Counted from the first letter of the stretch, positions 26,645 to 39,014 are shown. The stretch is DNA of 64,000 nucleotides from Octopus bimaculoides (GCF_001194135.2 NC_068984.1:28824981-28888980); one strand, 5' to 3'. The notes: generated by a model not told the origin, from the sequence alone. Program-made: numbers and translations.

Positions 26645-27367
26645 CACTCCTTTCTTCACCTGATGGATTGTCACTAAAATATCACAGCTTCACTGTGATC
26701 TTATCAGAAATAAAAGCAGAGAAAGTGTGTTGAAATGCTTTTGTATAATAAATTATGCAATAAGTGCTATTATACATGACACTATTTTTATATTTTGTTG
26801 ACAGTCTCAGAATGAAAAATAAAATGGAAAAAACCCCCCAGAACTTATGTGATTCCAGATCATTTTTATAAGCATTTCTCACAAAAGCTAAGATCATTTT
26901 CCTTTTAGATCTGACATTCGCGATGTAAAAGGTAAGCTATATTAACTTTGAATCTGAAACTGAAAGAAACATTTCAAAATGTTCAATACAAAAATAGAAT
27001 ATCGATTTCTTACATTACCACAAAGGTATGAGAAGAGTATATTTATTTCACTCAACTTCATGATATTATTGGCACTTATATGATTCATCCAAGAAAGATA
27101 AAATTCAAAGCTGATCCAGCCATATTTGATCACAGGTTTAATGTAAGGTGAAGGTAAAATTTTTCAAGGCATTCTATCCACATAACACCTTTACTTTTGA
27201 CAAGTCATTACTCTAAGTAAAATAGAAAATTAAAGATACGCACGTTTTGTTTTTAGCACTAAAATATGTCTATTCAGAAAGTTGCCATTTATCACAAATC
27301 ATTTGTATATATATCTTTGTGATAATATATATTTAAGTGAGATACAAACATTATCCATGTCATTTAG

Positions 27368-27426
<59 letters not shown>

Positions 27427-27472
27427 TAGAAGAAGAAGAAGAAGAAGAAGAAGAAGAAGAAGAAAAAGAAGA
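27368..27472. repeat. (TAA)n + (GAA)n compound microsatellite (SINE tail)
   Basis: Direct reading. Confidence 0.97.
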
Positions 27473-27685
27473 ATCCTTACTATAGGTACAAGGCCTGGAT
27501 TTTAGGGAAGGGGAGCAAGTCAATTACATCGACCCCAGTGCTTAAAAGGTAGTTATTTTACTGACCCCAAAAGGATGAAAGGCAAAGTTGGCTACAACGA
27601 AATTTGAATGTAAAACATGAAGATAGACAAAAGACACAGCTAAGCATTATGTCTGACATACCAACAATTCTGCCAACTCACTGAC

Positions 27686-27686
<1 letters not shown>
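27471..27686 (-). mobile_element. SINE with MetaSINE-like core and microsatellite tail
   Basis: Minus-strand core ctttgcctttcatccttttggggtcagtaaaataactacc...ggggtcgatgtaattgact. Its 3' end runs into (TTC)n/(ATT)n at 27368-27472. Partial copies occur at about 10800-10900, 29040-29150, 60990-61130 and 62900-63000. The domain name is from memory. Confidence 0.75.
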
Positions 27687-27718
<32 letters not shown>

Positions 27719-27776
27719 TTTCCAAGTAGCAATTCAAATTTTCTCATCAATACATACATATATGCGTGTGTGTGTG

Positions 27777-27825
<49 letters not shown>

Positions 27826-27829
27826 GATG

Positions 27830-28098
27830 GACTCTCCCATTAAAGATGATGTATGAACATTCAGCTTTTTACAAACAATCTGCACAAATGATTTGTTTAT
27901 AGGCTCACTCTCTCCATCAAATTGACCTTCTCTGAACAGGTGCATGGTGTACCACACATCAGGTGCCAAAGTGATCGCAGAGCAATGTCAGATGAAGTGT
28001 TTTGCTCAAGAACACAATGTGCCACCTGGTCTAGGAATTGAAATCACAATTGCTAGATCATGAGTGCAACTCCCTAACCACTAAGTCATGCACCTCAC
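27830..28098 (-). mobile_element. tRNA-derived SINE, decayed
   Basis: Minus-strand head gtgaggtgcatgacttagtggttaggg...gatttcaattcctagacc, then ttgtgttcttgagcaaaacacttc, a motif common in SINE cores. Confidence 0.72.
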
Positions 28099-28705
28099 TA
28101 TATATATATATATATATACTGTACAGAGACCTGCAAGAGTATTTTGATTACTAGCTTAAAGAAACTAGTCCTGTATCAAAAAGCTTAAAATCTTAATTCA
28201 ATAAATATAGGTCAATATAACAAGTATTAGACTGAAAAATGCTTTGGGGTCTAGATGATCATAGTCTAATGAGTGAAACTTGTAAAATATATGTACTGCA
28301 TTCTTCATCAGTCTCAACAATCAGCATCGTGTTGTTCAACCAACCAAATTTCTACTCATGAATTTAATATGGAAGTGACTGAGAAATCCACTGAAATGTG
28401 TAAATTTCATACAGTTCTTAGACTGAGTGAGTGTGGCACAAAGTGTCAAAGCTGAACCATCTAGTTACTTGTAGACTGCACAGGAAAAAAAATAAAGAGG
28501 AAAAAGGTGAAGGACTGATGTAACATGGCCTCAATGAAGTTGTGGTCAATGTTAAAAAAATGCCAAGAGACAGAACAATTGTCACAGAGTATATCTCTTC
28601 AGTACATACACTCATAATGAAAACAACCAACAAATTATCTCATTCTTTACATACATTTTCGTAACACCTTAGTGGTAGCAATTGCTTGTTTAGTTATGTA
28701 AAGAT

Positions 28706-28753
28706 ATTGAAAACTGCCAATAAGTAATTATTGAAAACTGCCAATAAGTAATT
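28706..28753. repeat. 24-bp perfect tandem duplication
   Basis: attgaaaactgccaataagtaatt x2. Confidence 0.95.
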
Positions 28754-31039
28754 ACTCGGACTATGACAACCTAACCAACCTACACTCACAAATGTAAAAA
28801 ATGATAAATGAAATAATTAAATCAATTGTTACTTAATAACTGTGTGTGTATGTGTGTGTGTGTGTGTGTGTGCGCGCACATGCACGCATCATGCTTCCTT
28901 ATAGTGAGCATCAACCAAAGTCAGCTCCCTGCAGTGGGACTGAACCTGAAACCATATGGTTGGGAAGCAAACTTAATAATATACCATATATAATTTTAAA
29001 GGAACGATTTTTAAAAAAAAATTTGGTACAAAGTTAGCAATTTTGAGGGGTGGGAGCAAGTCAATTACATCGACCCAGTACATAACTGGTACTTATTTTA
29101 TAGGCTCTGAAAGGATGAAAGAAAAAGTCAACCTCAGGGAAATACTTCTAATTCATTATGATCTGAGTCCAAAGCATTCTTTCTGACACCAACAATTCTT
29201 CCAGATTGCAACTTTAAGGAACTAATTGTAGTTAACAGGAGTTTTTTCATGTTCCAGATTGTGGCTCATCTAACAAGGAAGCCACTATTTCTGAGCGCTT
29301 TCCTATTATCAGACATAGTATGAATAACAACAACTATTAAATATCCAATTAAAAATTACATATGTTACTTAGTATAGTTGTCCTTCCATATGCCATTTCT
29401 TATTCCTTTTTAGAAGAGATATGACAAGTATATTTTATATTTCTCTCCAGAGTATCATTCACTTTGCTTTTCTCTTTTTTACCAAATCCTATATTTCTAA
29501 AAACAAAAATAAATATAAAATTGAAGTTCTGAATGACTGACTTAGCAACAAGAAGGCACATACACATGCAGAGCATTACTTTCCTCCAATGAACATTCAG
29601 CTGAAAGTAATCAAATATGAATAAGTTTTATTGATTTTCAAGTTATTTTCCTTCCATTGTCAAGTTAAATTCAAATCACTGTTCTGTTGAGCATCTCTAC
29701 AGCTATGGAGGTAACTGGCACTTTATATATTAGTTTTTAATTCCACAAGCTCAAATCTATTGTTGAATGGAAATAATAAAAGAAAATATTTTGTGCATGC
29801 GCATACACACACTCTCGCTGACACATATGCACATATCTACACACACATACACACACATACATGTGTGTGTGTGTGCGTGTGTGCGTGTATGCACGTGTGT
29901 GTGTGTTGAGACATTTCAATTTTAGTAATAATATCCAAAAGCAATTATCTTTAAGCAGACAGTTTTCAGCAGTTTCCATCTCTTGCATAGAAGCTACAAA
30001 CTTATGTTTTCATTTTCATTGATATCTTAATAAAGTATGCATACATTTATACATGTATGAAATAAACATATCCTACTAGCCAATATTGTTGGTTAAAATA
30101 ATACTACTTTTGTTCTGCTAATACATAAGGCATCTGATATTTTTTAACTCATAAAGGATGAATCCTATCCTTGCGTACACACATGCTATATGTATATATA
30201 TATATGAATATATGTATATATATGTATATATGTATATATGTATATATGTATATATATGTATATATATATATGAAAGTAGCCGAGTATCTGCTGCTACAGA
30301 AATCATTTTCTTCTTTGTCCCTCACTTTTTTTTTTTCTTTTTTCACCGCTATCACTCCACACAATATTTTAGAAAAGAAATCTTCTGAAAAGATAATCAC
30401 TGCCAGGATAATATAATACTGAAAAAAAAAAAAACACAATTTAGTATAAATCTATCTATAGAGAAAATATGAGAGATGAATATTATTTGGATAAAAATAC
30501 AAATAACAAACATTGATACCAAATGATGAAGAAAATTTTCTGAAATTATTCTCCACAAGTATCAATTCTACAAAACTGTTCATAATTCCACAAAACATTG
30601 CATAATATAGTTTACAAAGTGAAATCAAGAAAATAAGATCATCTTCGTAGCATAATTGCTATATTTTTTTTTATCCATATAGTTGGTTTTTAGCATAATA
30701 AGTAAAAGTTCCTTTAATGTTTCTGAGTAATTTAGTAAAAAGAAAGTAATTCTAAAATATTAGCAAGCTTATTTCAATATGACAGTCTTAAATTAAGTTT
30801 CCAGATTTATGATAGGCAAATGTTAATCAATTTCTCAGTCTTGACATTAGGTTTAAGTCTTGAATGAAAATGTGATAATACAATTTGAATTATTTTTGTT
30901 CTAAGCATTGTAAAACTAAGTGCAAGTACAATATATCTTTACATATAATACTTGCACTTACTTTTTACATTCTAATATTGCACATGGCTTTAAAATAATC
31001 AGGATATAATACTCTTGTACATTGACATGCAAATCTATC

Positions 31040-32060
31040 ATCAAAACTGCCCATCTATGAACACTATCCATCATATATCTCTTCAATCAGCAGTTCTTTT
31101 CTGAAGCTAGCACTACCAAAGAATTCTCTGACAAACATCCTATATATTCTGGCGAGCTCCAAGATTTGGTTCTCTCTGTAACACTCTTTTGTTTTATGGA
31201 AATATGACTTAATGCCAACAATGTCCACTCTTAAGTAGATAATGCCGTATTTAAAACATCACTAATTTTCAACACCTAAGCATCACCCATGTACAATATA
31301 GACACACCAAATCTACACCAATTTCATGGATAGTGACCTCAGAAACATCCTCCATTTAAGTATACTAGGCTTATATGCTTTAACAGTAGTAAAAAAGAAA
31401 AAAACACAAGTACCACACATTTGAAGAAAACTTCACAGCACTTCCCCCTCCTGAAATATGATCAACATGCTAATTAAGCCATCATAATTGCTCCAAATGT
31501 TAGGGCCTCACAATCACCAAGAATCTCATCTGAGGAATAAACATTTTTAACAGAGTAAATACCTGAGTCTCAACGACTAGCCTTTTCCTTGAGAGCCCCC
31601 AAAATACTCCAGCCTTTATTAACTACTGACTATTTATAGAAAGCTCAATCGAGACACACAACTAAGAGCTGATACCACATCTGGAAGAGTGTGGCACCTA
31701 TACACAAGGACAACCTCGACTGTATCCAAACTGGTTAGCATAAATTCACTCAGACATCTTAGACATGTTGTCACCTCTCTCTCTCTCTCTTTGTCTGGCT
31801 TTTGTACCACTTCTACAAAGGCCTCTGCTCCTCAGAACAAGTTGGTTTCATGGCGTTTTCACTCAGTACTTTGACTCACTTATCCTCTGTTGAGTTTAAA
31901 TTCCTTTCCAAGATATCAATCTCCAAGAATTTCCTTTCTTTGCACATGTTTTTCTGCAGTCATCAACTTGCAACACTTTAAGTGGAACATCCACAGCATC
32001 AATCTCACTGGTGCAAATGCCATGGGTACTACACTTTCCTACATCTCTAGCCAGTAACAA
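31040..32060 (+). mobile_element. CR1-clade LINE 3' fragment (RT C-terminus)
   Basis: Remnants YL*KAQSRHTTKS*YHIWKSVAPIHKDNLDCIQ (cf. LYKAQVRPTMEYCSHIWGGA...LDRIQ) and SLSL...YHFYKGLCSSE (cf. SLSLFYRYYHGLCSSEL), followed by an A/C-rich tail. Confidence 0.75.
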
Positions 32061-32154
32061 AAACAAAAGAAACATAAAAACCTCCAAAACTATTACCAGA
32101 ACGACCACTAACAACAATCACAGCAACAACAAGCCAATGAGTGCGACTTTAGGG

Positions 32155-33733
32155 CAGGGGTGTCAAACATACGGCTCACAGACCAGAACCAGCCTACAAG
32201 ATGACTTTGAAAAGTGCAAAAATTATATTATGTATTTACTTATTTGTCATTGTGAATGTTGACTGTTTGAGTATGACTGATGATAGAGTCGATGATTCAA
32301 GTTCTAATAGAAAAACTCCCTTCAATTATTTAAAGATTTGTTTAAATATTGTATTGAAATAAAATATTTTTTAAAAAATTAATTCAATGACTAACAATGT
32401 TTTCATTTTTTAGGTCAACATTTCGCTCTGTTTTACCTTACCCAAAATGTCTTTGTTAAAAAGGAGACAAGTGAATACAGTGTAGATTATTTCAAGAAAA
32501 GTGCTCTATTTCCTATTTATTCATGGAGGTGAGGGGAAACCTATGTGTTAGGTGTTTTCGCAGCAGGGTTCTGCGCTCAAGGAATATAACATTCGGTGCC
32601 ACTATGAGACTCATCATGCCAACACATACAATAACTTGCAAGGACAAATGAGAAGAGAGAAGGTAAATAAATTTATTTAGCAGATCTGAAGAAACAACAG
32701 TCTGCTTTAACCCAAAGTCGAGATATAAGTCAGGCAGCAGTAAAAGCTAGCTAGCTTGTTACTAGAGAAACAGCATTAGCATTAAAACTGTACTGTGAGG
32801 GTGAGTTCGTGAAAACATACATAATGAAGGTTGCAGAAATTGTATAAGTGACAGACTTTTGCCAACATTAGCCTGATGATAGGATTTCGGGTCTTTCTGC
32901 AGATTTGGATAGGCAAGTCATTTATTGCATTTTCAGTTGCAATTAATGAGAGCATGAACAGTAGAAATGTTGTGCAACAGGCCATATTCATTCATGGAGT
33001 AGACGATATTTTGACCATCACCAAGGAGTTCTTGGAGTTGGTTCCTATGATGGACATCACAATAGCAAATGATATTTTCATCTTTCTCATTGGAGTGCTG
33101 GACAGGGTCAGAGTGGACTGGGCCTGTGCCGTCAGTGTGGCTACAGATGGTGCTCCATCAATGATTGAGAAAAAAGCAGGTGTTGTGATGCAGTTGAAAG
33201 AGAGAGTAAAGACTGTAAATGGAGGATGCAATTTTTGGATATTCCACTGTGTTTTGCACCACAAAGCATTGTGTTGCAAGCTGTTCAAAATGGACCACGT
33301 CATGGAAGTTTTTGTCTGAACTGTTAATTTCATTCAAAGTAGAGGTCTGAATCACTGACAGTTTGACCATCTTCTCAATGATATAGGCTGCTACTCAGGA
33401 TTTGACGCCTGATATTGATGTGCTTGTGAAGGAGAACAGATGCCAAGTTTCAGGAAGATATTGAAAATAAATGATAAAAAATAAAAGTGTTTTTTAAATG
33501 ATTTTCAAAGTGTTTTTTTTTTTAGCTTATAAATTGTATACATTTACAAGACAGTGTGATAACTCGGTCTTCTTTAACAGTTCCCACTTTCACTTGTTCA
33601 AAGTTTTGCAAAAAAGAATTGTTCATTTTCAGAATGTACTTTTTTTACACTAAAACAAAAGGAAAATTTTGAAATTGCTACTTATAGGTTCTTATGCCAT
33701 GATTTTACTGATCTGCCCCGCTTGACAACTCAG
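32155..33733 (+). mobile_element. hAT superfamily (Buster/Charlie/SPIN-like) DNA transposon, internally deleted
   Basis: Perfect 8-bp TSD ctttaggg at 32147-32154 and 33734-33741, matching the nnnTAnnn pattern. Left TIR caggggtgtcaaac; degenerate right TIR gcttgacaactcag (10/14 match). Contains transposase remnants. Confidence 0.93.
32447..33390 (+). pseudogene. hAT transposase pseudogene (GTF2IRD2/ZBED5/EPM2AIP1-like family)
   Basis: N-terminus MSLLKRRQV...EVRGKPMC...LKEYNIRCHYETHH (zinc-finger-like region). The catalytic-region ORF 32876-33319 contains FSVAINES, VATDGAPSM and FHCVLHHKALCCK (CxxH motif), followed by VNFIQSRGLNH. Stops, frameshifts and deletions are present. Confidence 0.9.
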
Positions 33734-34239
33734 CTTTAGGGTGTCACTCATCTTGCTGGAAACACTAAATAATCCTCAGATCACACCCTTCTGATTCAAA
33801 CCGGGGAAGCCATTTAGATAATGTAGTTTGTCTGGGACACAAACTACATAAAATAATGTTTGGAATGGTCACAGCTGGAGTGCCACTGATCATAACTCCA
33901 CACAATCACAGTTGATCCGTGGGTAAATAAAACAAGACCAATGTTATAAATATTCAAGTGCAATACAATATTTATATTACTCTTGGCATAAAATATTTAA
34001 CTCTTCAATGTAAACTATTTTAGTTTTAGGTAGCAATTAAAAGTATTGAGTATGAAGCTCAATTGTTATTTGACAACATTCCTTTTTAAAATGTTAACTA
34101 AATGTGATGGCTATATAAATCTTCCTTGGTAGAATTAAAAGTGAAAAGTCAGTAAGATATTTCATACATTTGTCATAAGAGCAGTCAATACAATGAAGAT
34201 ATTTTTTCCATCCGTCACTTTTTCTTAAGTGACAGGTTT

Positions 34240-34346
34240 GTTCTTACTCTGAAACCTATGAAAATCCTCCTGTTTATGACATCAAGAAAGTTGGCTTTCT
34301 CAGTATCATAAATGGGATCATTTCCATTGGTTTTAAGAGTAAGAAC
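34240..34346. repeat. Long imperfect palindrome (fold-back)
   Basis: 51-nt arms around a ttgg loop. Hand pairing gives 40 Watson-Crick pairs, 4 G-T, 4 A-C, 3 other mismatches and 1 bulge. Confidence 0.9.
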
Positions 34347-36159
34347 TATTCTGTTATTGAACCCAAAGTACGTACATTATTACTGACTACACTCATACTA
34401 TATTATACTTTACTTGGTTCAAACTTCATCAACATAACAACAAAATTAAAAGCGGTTAATGAGAAACTGTACATGTAAACCATTCTAATTAAATTCTATC
34501 ACAGATATGATAATTAAAACTAGATAAATGCCAACCAAATATGATTATACTTACAAGTAATTACTAGCATAATTAATTCAATCATATCTGAATAACCAAC
34601 ATGTATGCATCTTTTAAAGTGTTGCATAGACGAAATTACAGAGAAGTGGTAAGATATTTAAAAGAAAATGTAATGAATTCCAAAGATAAGTGATGCTACT
34701 TATGAAGTAGTTGTTTGACCTGCTAGAATTAGTAACTGAATTACCTTTAAATCACAATCTACCATTTATAAAGAAATCTGCTAAGACCCCATAAATTACA
34801 ATAAGAAGAGAGCCAGAATTGAAAAGTGTTCAGAACTATGTGACACAAAAATATGTCCTTTCATCCATTCTTATCTAACAACTTATATCTACACAAACAT
34901 TTCTCAATCTACAAAAGATAAACACAGACGCTTACACAGATAGCATCACAGTCTTTGATCCCACCTTTCATCTGGCACAGCTTCCCAACTACTCCCATCT
35001 TAGTCTAAAAGTGTCAACTACTACAACTTCTCTTTTTATCAACAATACCACAAAAGAAAGTCAAATAAAAAGAGCCACCATATACGGCAACAAAAAAATA
35101 CACAACAAATCCAAGAGAAAAATAAAACGAATTGCGTTCACACAAATCACATTCTATAACATTCACAATATCAAAGACATATAAACATAAGCAACATTAT
35201 ACTTAACCACATGTAGTACATTCATAGTTAGCTAACACACAGACACCAACGGGTATGGATACTATATATTGCACATGAGCACTCAAGCTCTACAAACAAC
35301 CAAAGAAACAAAAGCGTGTTCACTGCATCATCACATGCAGCCCACATATGCAAGGCAATAAATATTAAAATTACCACTTGGATATGGAAGATACAGTTTA
35401 CTACCATGGCAAAGCCCAACCCTCACAGTCCATCACATTTTACGTACAATCATACACATGTACTTTACTCTCCAGAATACTATTTCATCATCTTAAAAAC
35501 AATATACACTCATACAAATAAATACAAAATTAGTCAGACGTATTCAGAAAAATAGCAGAAGAATCAACATCATTACTCCTCAAACTTTAAACTGGAATGT
35601 TAACTAGTAATAATGAATGCAAGGAACAACACTTGTACTGAATATGATCATGAGCTGTCATTGTTCTGGTAACTATGTAAAAACAAACCAGACAGTTTGG
35701 GAGAAATCACATCTGGACTGCTACACATCACATCATACAATAAACCAATGCAATGTGTGGTCATCAACTAGGAGGAGGGACAGCATATTTAGAACAATGG
35801 ATTTGTTGATTGCAACTTGTCATTCAACTTAAAATTTTCTCTAGAAGGATCTCAATGATGGCTAAACATCAACAACAGCATTATCAAATGTACTGAAAAA
35901 ATTAATCGAGTCAAATATCATTTTTTTACAAAGGATTGAAGCATTATACTTAGAAGGGACTTATGATAATTTATATCTTCTATAGAAGTATTAAAAACAG
36001 ACATTAGGCATTTGCATTTGAAAACTAAAACTCGGTGACAAGTTTATTTTACAGAAAATGCTACCATATAACATACATATATTGCACTTGCAATATCAGT
36101 GACAAGATGTGCAAAGCAACTAAATCATAATCAACCATGTTATATGCTAATCATTATCA

Positions 36160-36546
36160 TCATCATTTAATGTCCGTTTTCTATGCTAGCATGGGTTGGA
36201 CGGTTTAATTCGTTTTATTTTTCTCTTGGATTTGTTGTGTATTTTCTTCTTGCTGTATATGATGGCTCTTTTTATTTCTACAGCTGCCCTTCCTAACACT
36301 GACCACTCCGAGAGTGTAGTAGGCGCTTTTTATGTGCCATCAGCGCAGGAGCCAGTTAGGCGAGCCTGGCATCGATTACGTTCGGATAGTGCTTTTTATG
36401 TGCTACCAGCACGGGGACTAGTTGAGTGGTACTGGCATCGGCCATGTTCGGATTGTGCTTTTTACATGGCACTGGCATGAGAACCAATCAGGAGATACTG
36501 GTATCAGCCACGTTCAGATGGTGCTTTTATGTGCCACTGGCACAGG
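36160..36546 (-). mobile_element. SINE-like element with RTE-type tail and internal 66-bp tandem array
   Basis: catcatcatttaatgtccgttttctatgctagcatgggttggacgg tail and ctgcccttcctaacac motif. Repeat units start at 36325, 36391, 36457 and 36523. Confidence 0.8.
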
Positions 36547-36740
36547 CAAAAAATTCATGAAAGTAATAAAACTGACAACTAAACATCCAGGTAAGTTTTT
36601 GAAATAATTTTAATGCATATTATGAAATTCATCAAAATAGCTGCTGAATCTGTAGCCAACAAGGAAAAGCATTCATTCAACAAATTGAGATGATGAGTAG
36701 GAGGATGGTGATTTTAATCCTACCATAAACATTTCATATG

Positions 36741-36771
<31 letters not shown>

Positions 36772-37628
36772 NNNNNNNNNNNNNNNNNNNNNNNNNNNNN
36801 NNNNNNNNNNNNNNNNNNNNNNNNNNNNNNNNNNNNNNNNNNNNNNNNNNNNNNNNNNNNNNNNNNNNNNNNNNNNNNNNNNNNNNNNNNNNNNNNNNNN
36901 NNNNNNNNNNNNNNNNNNNNNNNNNNNNNNNNNNNNNNNNNNNNNNNNNNNNNNNNNNNNNNNNNNNNNNNNNNNNNNNNNNNNNNNNNNNNNNNNNNNN
37001 NNNNNNNNNNNNNNNNNNNNNNNNNNNNNNNNNNNNNNNNNNNNNNNNNNNNNNNNNNNNNNNNNNNNNNNNNNNNNNNNNNNNNNNNNNNNNNNNNNNN
37101 NNNNNNNNNNNNNNNNNNNNNNNNNNNNNNNNNNNNNNNNNNNNNNNNNNNNNNNNNNNNNNNNNNNNNNNNNNNNNNNNNNNNNNNNNNNNNNNNNNNN
37201 NNNNNNNNNNNNNNNNNNNNNNNNNNNNNNNNNNNNNNNNNNNNNNNNNNNNNNNNNNNNNNNNNNNNNNNNNNNNNNNNNNNNNNNNNNNNNNNNNNNN
37301 NNNNNNNNNNNNNNNNNNNNNNNNNNNNNNNNNNNNNNNNNNNNNNNNNNNNNNNNNNNNNNNNNNNNNNNNNNNNNNNNNNNNNNNNNNNNNNNNNNNN
37401 NNNNNNNNNNNNNNNNNNNNNNNNNNNNNNNNNNNNNNNNNNNNNNNNNNNNNNNNNNNNNNNNNNNNNNNNNNNNNNNNNNNNNNNNNNNNNNNNNNNN
37501 NNNNNNNNNNNNNNNNNNNNNNNNNNNNNNNNNNNNNNNNNNNNNNNNNNNNNNNNNNNNNNNNNNNNNNNNNNNNNNNNNNNNNNNNNNNNNNNNNNNN
37601 NNNNNNNNNNNNNNNNNNNNNNNNNNNT
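36772..37628. other. Assembly gap (857 N) preceded by (AT)n
   Basis: Direct reading. Confidence 0.99.
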
Positions 37629-37750
37629 TTTGATAATCTTTTTCTAAAAAAGTGAAACCGGTTAAGTAAATAAATATTCTTAAAATAAGTGCATTTTCAA
37701 ACCTTCTTTCATATATATTTCCACTTGTACGGTATTCCACAACTTTACTT

Positions 37751-37787
<37 letters not shown>

Positions 37788-37791
<4 letters not shown>

Positions 37792-39014
37792 GTCATCCCA
37801 TAAATAATGTGGTTTTATCAATTGCATGAACTAAAAGCTGGAGTGGGGATGGGATAAGCTACCTTCATCAACATGCCATAAAAGTAAGTAATAATTTTAC
37901 CCTGTCCTTATTCTCAGTGCAAGTTTTGAAGAGTGCAATTTGATTTTAACAGTTATTGTTTCAAAGCTATAGTGGAAGTGACAAAAGTGCATATTCAACA
38001 GATTCTGCTTTAAGAGTTCAATAAAGGCAACAATGCAATGAAAAGTGTGAGGAATATTAATGTGAGGAATATGAGGATTGGACAATAAGCGTAAGCCAGT
38101 GTCAACAGTGGTTTCAGAAATTCCAAGCTGGAAACTACAGCCTAGAAGACGAACCTTGTCCTGGAAAGTCTGCAGAACTTGACAAGGACGTCCTGCAAGC
38201 CCTGGTGGAACAAAATCCCATTGTAACTGTTGAGGAACTAGCAGAGTAGCTTGGATTTGTTCAGTTAACCATTCATCGATACCTGCATGCCATCGAAAAA
38301 GTCAGCAAATTGAATCAATGGGTTCCTCACAAACTTTCCAAGTCTAATCGAACGCAGAGAGTGAATGTGTGTTCTTCTTTGCTGTCACGTCTCATGAATG
38401 AATCTTTTTTGGACTGAATAGTGACTGGTGTAGCAAAATGGGTTCTCTATAAGCACCAATGACAGTGGGTAGGGAAAGGAGAAATATCAGCACACCAGGC
38501 TAAAGAAGGTCTTCACCCATGTAAGGTGTTGTTATTTGTTTGGTGGGATATGAAAGGTTTAGTCCACTTTGAACTCTTAAACCCAAAACAAACGATAACA
38601 AAGGAGATCAACTGTGAGCAGCTTCAGTGGCTTAAGTCAGGATAATGCTCAGCCATATACAGCCAGAATGATATTTGAAGGGCTGAAGCAGTTTGACTGG
38701 GAAACGATGTCCCACCCACCATATTCGCCAGACATTGCCCCATCTGATTATCATTTATTCCGCAGTCTTTAAAATCATTTGGACAGAAAAAATGGGAATT
38801 CTGTAGATGAGGTCAGAACAGTACTGGAGGAATATCTTTCATCACAGACAAGTAAATTTTGGAAGAGGATCCTTGCAAGTCTACCAGATAAATATGGAAG
38901 AGCATTGCAGCAAATGAAGGGGAGTATATTTTAGATTAAAAAAGAACTTTGTTTATCTTAATTTTGGAAAATAAAAGATGTATAAAGAAACGCATTATTT
39001 ATGGGATGACACAA
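37788..39014 (+). mobile_element. Tc1/mariner (D,D34D mariner-type) DNA transposon, decayed, near full length
   Basis: TIRs ttgggtcatcccataaataatgtggtttt (37788-) and its near reverse complement aaacgcattatttatgggatgacacaa (-39014). Flanked by TA on both sides; the left TA is the end of an (AT)n tract. The internal reading frame carries the mariner motifs WVPHKL and PYSPDIAPSDYHLFRSL. Confidence 0.95.
37972..38939 (+). pseudogene. Mariner transposase pseudogene
   Basis: Translates as (V)EVTKVHIQQILL*EFNKGNNA...WFQKFQAGNYSLEDEPCPGKS...WVPHKL...IVTGVAKW (the first catalytic D of the usual VTGDEKW is lost)...DNAQPY...YSPDIAPSDYHLFRSL...EGEYILD*. It has multiple stops and frameshifts, and an internal deletion near 38640. 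Confidence 0.92.

Noticed and set aside
24112-29496. Glycoside hydrolase family 3 assignment from IGFDGFVISD (resembles the GH3 nucleophile motif GFxGxVxSD)
   Set aside because: The match depends on joining a speculative 14-nt exon, the downstream residues do not follow GH3, and no other GH3 motifs (GRxxExxxEDP, KHF, GxGLSY) were found.
34236-34367. 132-nt plus-strand coding exon VCSYSETYENPPVYDIKK...EPK
   Set aside because: Splice sites and frame look acceptable, but most of it is one long palindrome, which is better explained as a fold-back repeat. It is not listed as a CDS.
36325-36546. CRISPR-like array (regular 66-bp period with conserved and variable blocks)
   Set aside because: The 'spacers' are homologous to each other, the array lies inside an abundant eukaryotic SINE-like element, and there are no cas genes or prokaryotic context.
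36673-37740. Long ORFs of 305-355 aa (and those at 6716-7222)
   Set aside because: They are artefacts of translating N runs and microsatellites.
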